The notes beneath the pieces are model-generated. The model was not told the origin of the DNA. It saw only the letters and a list, made by a program, of their open reading frames with translations, and did not search any database. Below, one piece after another: positions 34,791 through 36,908 of a stretch of 36,908 bases of DNA. The first letter of the stretch is position 1. Every line of letters starts with the position of its first letter. The DNA lies in assembly GCA_036741755.1 (NCBI GenBank), contig DAINRP010000002.1:1-36908 (forward strand), in the 5' to 3' direction. The stretch comes from Gemmatimonadales bacterium (lineage in GTDB: Bacteria > Gemmatimonadota > Gemmatimonadetes > Gemmatimonadales > GWC2-71-9). The position numbers and the translations under genes are program-made.

Positions 34791-36500
34791 CTACCCCGGC
34801 GTCTGCCAGCGAGCCAGTTCGGACTCGACCAGGGCGACCAGTTCGCCGATCCGGTCGGCATCGAACGTGAAGTCCACGCCCGCCGCACGGTACAGCTCCG
34901 GGAGTGACCTGGTGTCCCCCAGGGCCAGTGCCTCGCGGTACCGTCGGACGGCCGCTCCCTGGTCCTTGAGGCTGTTCCGCCAGACCTGCAGGGCACCGAT
35001 CTGGGCGATCCCGTATTCGATGTAGTAGAACGGGTACAGGAAGATGTGTAGCTGCCGGTACCAGCGGGTCATCCGCTCCCGCTCCAGCCCGCTCCAGTCG
35101 ATCCCCCGCTCGAAGCGGCTGCGGAGCCGGAGCCAGGCCTGGTCCCGGGCGGCAGCATCATGGCCCTGCCCGCTGGAATAGATCCAGCTCTGGAACGCGT
35201 CCACCGACGCCACATGGGAGAGGGTGACCAGCACATCCTCGAGGTGATCGACCCGGGCGCGCGCCAGTTCCTCGGGAGCGAAGAACCCGCCCTGATCCCG
35301 GCCGAGGTAGGGGGTCGCCAGCAGTTCCATCGACATCGAGGCGAGTTCACACATCTCGAGCCCGGGATGGCGCTGCCAGATGAGCGGCTGATGGTGCGAC
35401 TCGAAGGCGTGGAAGGCGTGCCCCGCCTCGTGCAGCAGGGTCGAGACGTCATCCAGCACCCCGACCGAGTTCATGAAGATGAACGGGCGACCGCGGTACT
35501 GCAGCGTCTCACAGTACCCGCCCGGCGCCTTGCCCTTGCGCACATCGAGGTCGAGCATGCGCTCGTCCATCATGGTCTGGAACTGCTGCCCGAAGGCCGG
35601 CGCGACATGCTCCAGCACCCTGCGGCTCGTCCCGATCAGTTCGTCGACTCCCTTGAACGGCCGGATCGGCTCCCGGCCCTCGGGATCGGGGCCGACATCC
35701 CACGGGCGCAGCCGCTCGACGCCGAGCCGCTGCTTGCGCCGGACCATGATGCGTTCGACGGCGGGCGCCACCACCTGCTCGACCGCCTCGTGGAAGCGGC
35801 GGCAGTCCGCCGGGGTGTAGTCGAACCGGCACTTTGCGGCGAAGGCGTATTGCTCGTAGTCCGCGAAGCCGGCGTTCCGCGCGACGCGAGCGCGCAGGTG
35901 ATAGAGCGAATCGAAGATCCCGGCCAGTTCGCTCTGCCGTGCCGCGTAGGCCTCACAGTTGAGGCGAAAGGCACGTTCACGTGCGGCCCGATCGGTGCCC
36001 TGGAGGATCGGCTGCAGTTCGGGGAGGGTCTTCTCGACCCCGTCCCAGATGACGGTCAGCCCGCCGGTGATCTTCTGATAGGTGGTGCTGATCTCCTCGA
36101 TTTCGGTATTGAGCGGAACATTCTCCTCCCGGAACAGCTCGGCCCCTCGGCGGAAGCGCGCGATCGTCACCTCGAGCCCGGGACGGGTGTACCCCATCGC
36201 GAGCAGCCGCCTCGCGAGCTCGACCTCGAGCTCTTCCATCTTCGGAAGGATCTCCGCCGAGAACCGGAGGTGAGCCGCCTCCTTGGCGGGATCGGTCGTG
36301 TCACAGGTATAGGCGATCATCGCGATGCCGGCAGCCTCACTGACGATTTCCTCGAGGCGCGACCAGTCGGCGAGCCAGCGCTCGACCGAGGCGGTGTCGA
36401 TCGGCCGATCGACCAGGTCCTGGTAAAGCGGACGGAGTTCCTCCCATGTCACGTCGGCGAGGGCCGCCGGTGTGAGGGAGGCGATGGGAGGCATTGTCAT
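34791..36500 (-). CDS. M3 family oligoendopeptidase (PepF-like)
   Basis: HEAGHAFH zinc motif and an overall M3B-like length and pattern (LHIFLYPFYYIEYGIAQIGAL). Confidence 0.85.
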   Translation of the reverse strand: MTMPPIASLTPAALADVTWEELRPLYQDLVDRPIDTASVERWLADWSRLEEIVSEAAGIAMIAYTCDTTDPAKEAAHLRFSAEILPKMEELEVELARRLLAMGYTRPGLEVTIARFRRGAELFREENVPLNTEIEEISTTYQKITGGLTVIWDGVEKTLPELQPILQGTDRAARERAFRLNCEAYAARQSELAGIFDSLYHLRARVARNAGFADYEQYAFAAKCRFDYTPADCRRFHEAVEQVVAPAVERIMVRRKQRLGVERLRPWDVGPDPEGREPIRPFKGVDELIGTSRRVLEHVAPAFGQQFQTMMDERMLDLDVRKGKAPGGYCETLQYRGRPFIFMNSVGVLDDVSTLLHEAGHAFHAFESHHQPLIWQRHPGLEMCELASMSMELLATPYLGRDQGGFFAPEELARARVDHLEDVLVTLSHVASVDAFQSWIYSSGQGHDAAARDQAWLRLRSRFERGIDWSGLERERMTRWYRQLHIFLYPFYYIEYGIAQIGALQVWRNSLKDQGAAVRRYREALALGDTRSLPELYRAAGVDFTFDADRIGELVALVESELARWQTPG

Positions 36501-36539
36501 GGGAATGGGAGGCTACTCAGGGCGCCACGAATCTGCAAA

Positions 36540-36908
36540 TCAGCCGCCCCCGCTCTCGCCCGAGCCGCCGCGGTGATAGGCATACGCGATCGACAGCGAC
36601 ACGACGCCAAGAATGAAGGCCGAACCGACACGATACAGTGCATCGAGTTGGGAGAGATCGATGAACACGACCTTGACGAGGGCCAGCCCCGCCACGGCGA
36701 ACCCCGCGAGACGAAGGGACCGCACCCCGCGCCGGAACCCGGCGAAGAAGCAGCCCGCCGCGAAGCAGATCCACCAGGCGCTGACCGACAGCCCGGCGGC
36801 GAGAGTCCGGTCCTCGAACCCCGGTCCGCTCTGCTCGAAGTACTGCAGCAGTTCTCCCGTCACGCCGAAGAGGAGCAGCACCCCGGCAAGCCCCCAGAGC
36901 AGCGGGCG
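36540..36908 (-). CDS. Polytopic membrane protein, C-terminal part (DUF2339-like), 5' end outside the window
   Basis: The frame is open to the window edge. It has TM helices and a terminal LVKVVFIDLSQLDALYRVGSFILGVVSL pattern, which I recall from DUF2339 proteins. Confidence 0.4.
   Translation of the reverse strand, partial: RPLLWGLAGVLLLFGVTGELLQYFEQSGPGFEDRTLAAGLSVSAWWICFAAGCFFAGFRRGVRSLRLAGFAVAGLALVKVVFIDLSQLDALYRVGSAFILGVVSLSIAYAYHRGGSGESGGG

Overview
GC-rich bacterial chromosomal window, densely coding on both strands. I recognised no rRNA, tRNA, CRISPR array, transposase or integrase. A weak, unverified taxon guess is Gemmatimonadota-like, because several signal peptides end in LAAQ. 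About 38 CDS can be supported. They include an acyl-CoA dehydrogenase 3' fragment, queF, and an mprF-acvB (lysyl-PG synthase/hydrolase) pair. They also include gltA, M28/M1/M3/M50 peptidases, a DapA-family aldolase, an SPFH cluster and a marR-snoaL-doxX unit. The remainder are speA, a cystathionine gamma-lyase-family enzyme, a DDAH-like enzyme, queC-queE, a GGDEF/CGNR/Ser-Thr kinase trio, a cold-shock protein gene and infA. Most of this is ordinary core or envelope metabolism, and I see no known defence island. The long overlapping ORFs in the track are mostly antisense shadow ORFs typical of GC-rich DNA. The items I consider most worth follow-up are these. (1) A soluble kinase is built as an N-terminal degenerate pseudokinase fused to a C-terminal canonical Hanks kinase (JAK-like order), and it sits in a tight GGDEF-CGNR-kinase operon. 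(2) A secreted small HxxKH...TFFRP protein and an acidic partner are translationally coupled downstream of an M1 peptidase, which could be a toxin/immunity or peptidase-accessory module. (3) speA has conserved N-terminal coding sequence upstream of its first ATG with no ATG/GTG/TTG available, and an ATC sits 6 nt after GGAGG. (4) A 14-bp operator is repeated in opposite orientation on both sides of marR, and several genes show a -10 hexamer exactly 7 nt before the ATG (leaderless architecture). (5) A SpoT-like HD protein with all metal-ligand motifs substituted is coupled to queE. (6) An untracked 54-aa ribbon-helix-helix ORF lies in frame with the SPFH gene. All family assignments come from motif recognition by eye, and no database search was run.
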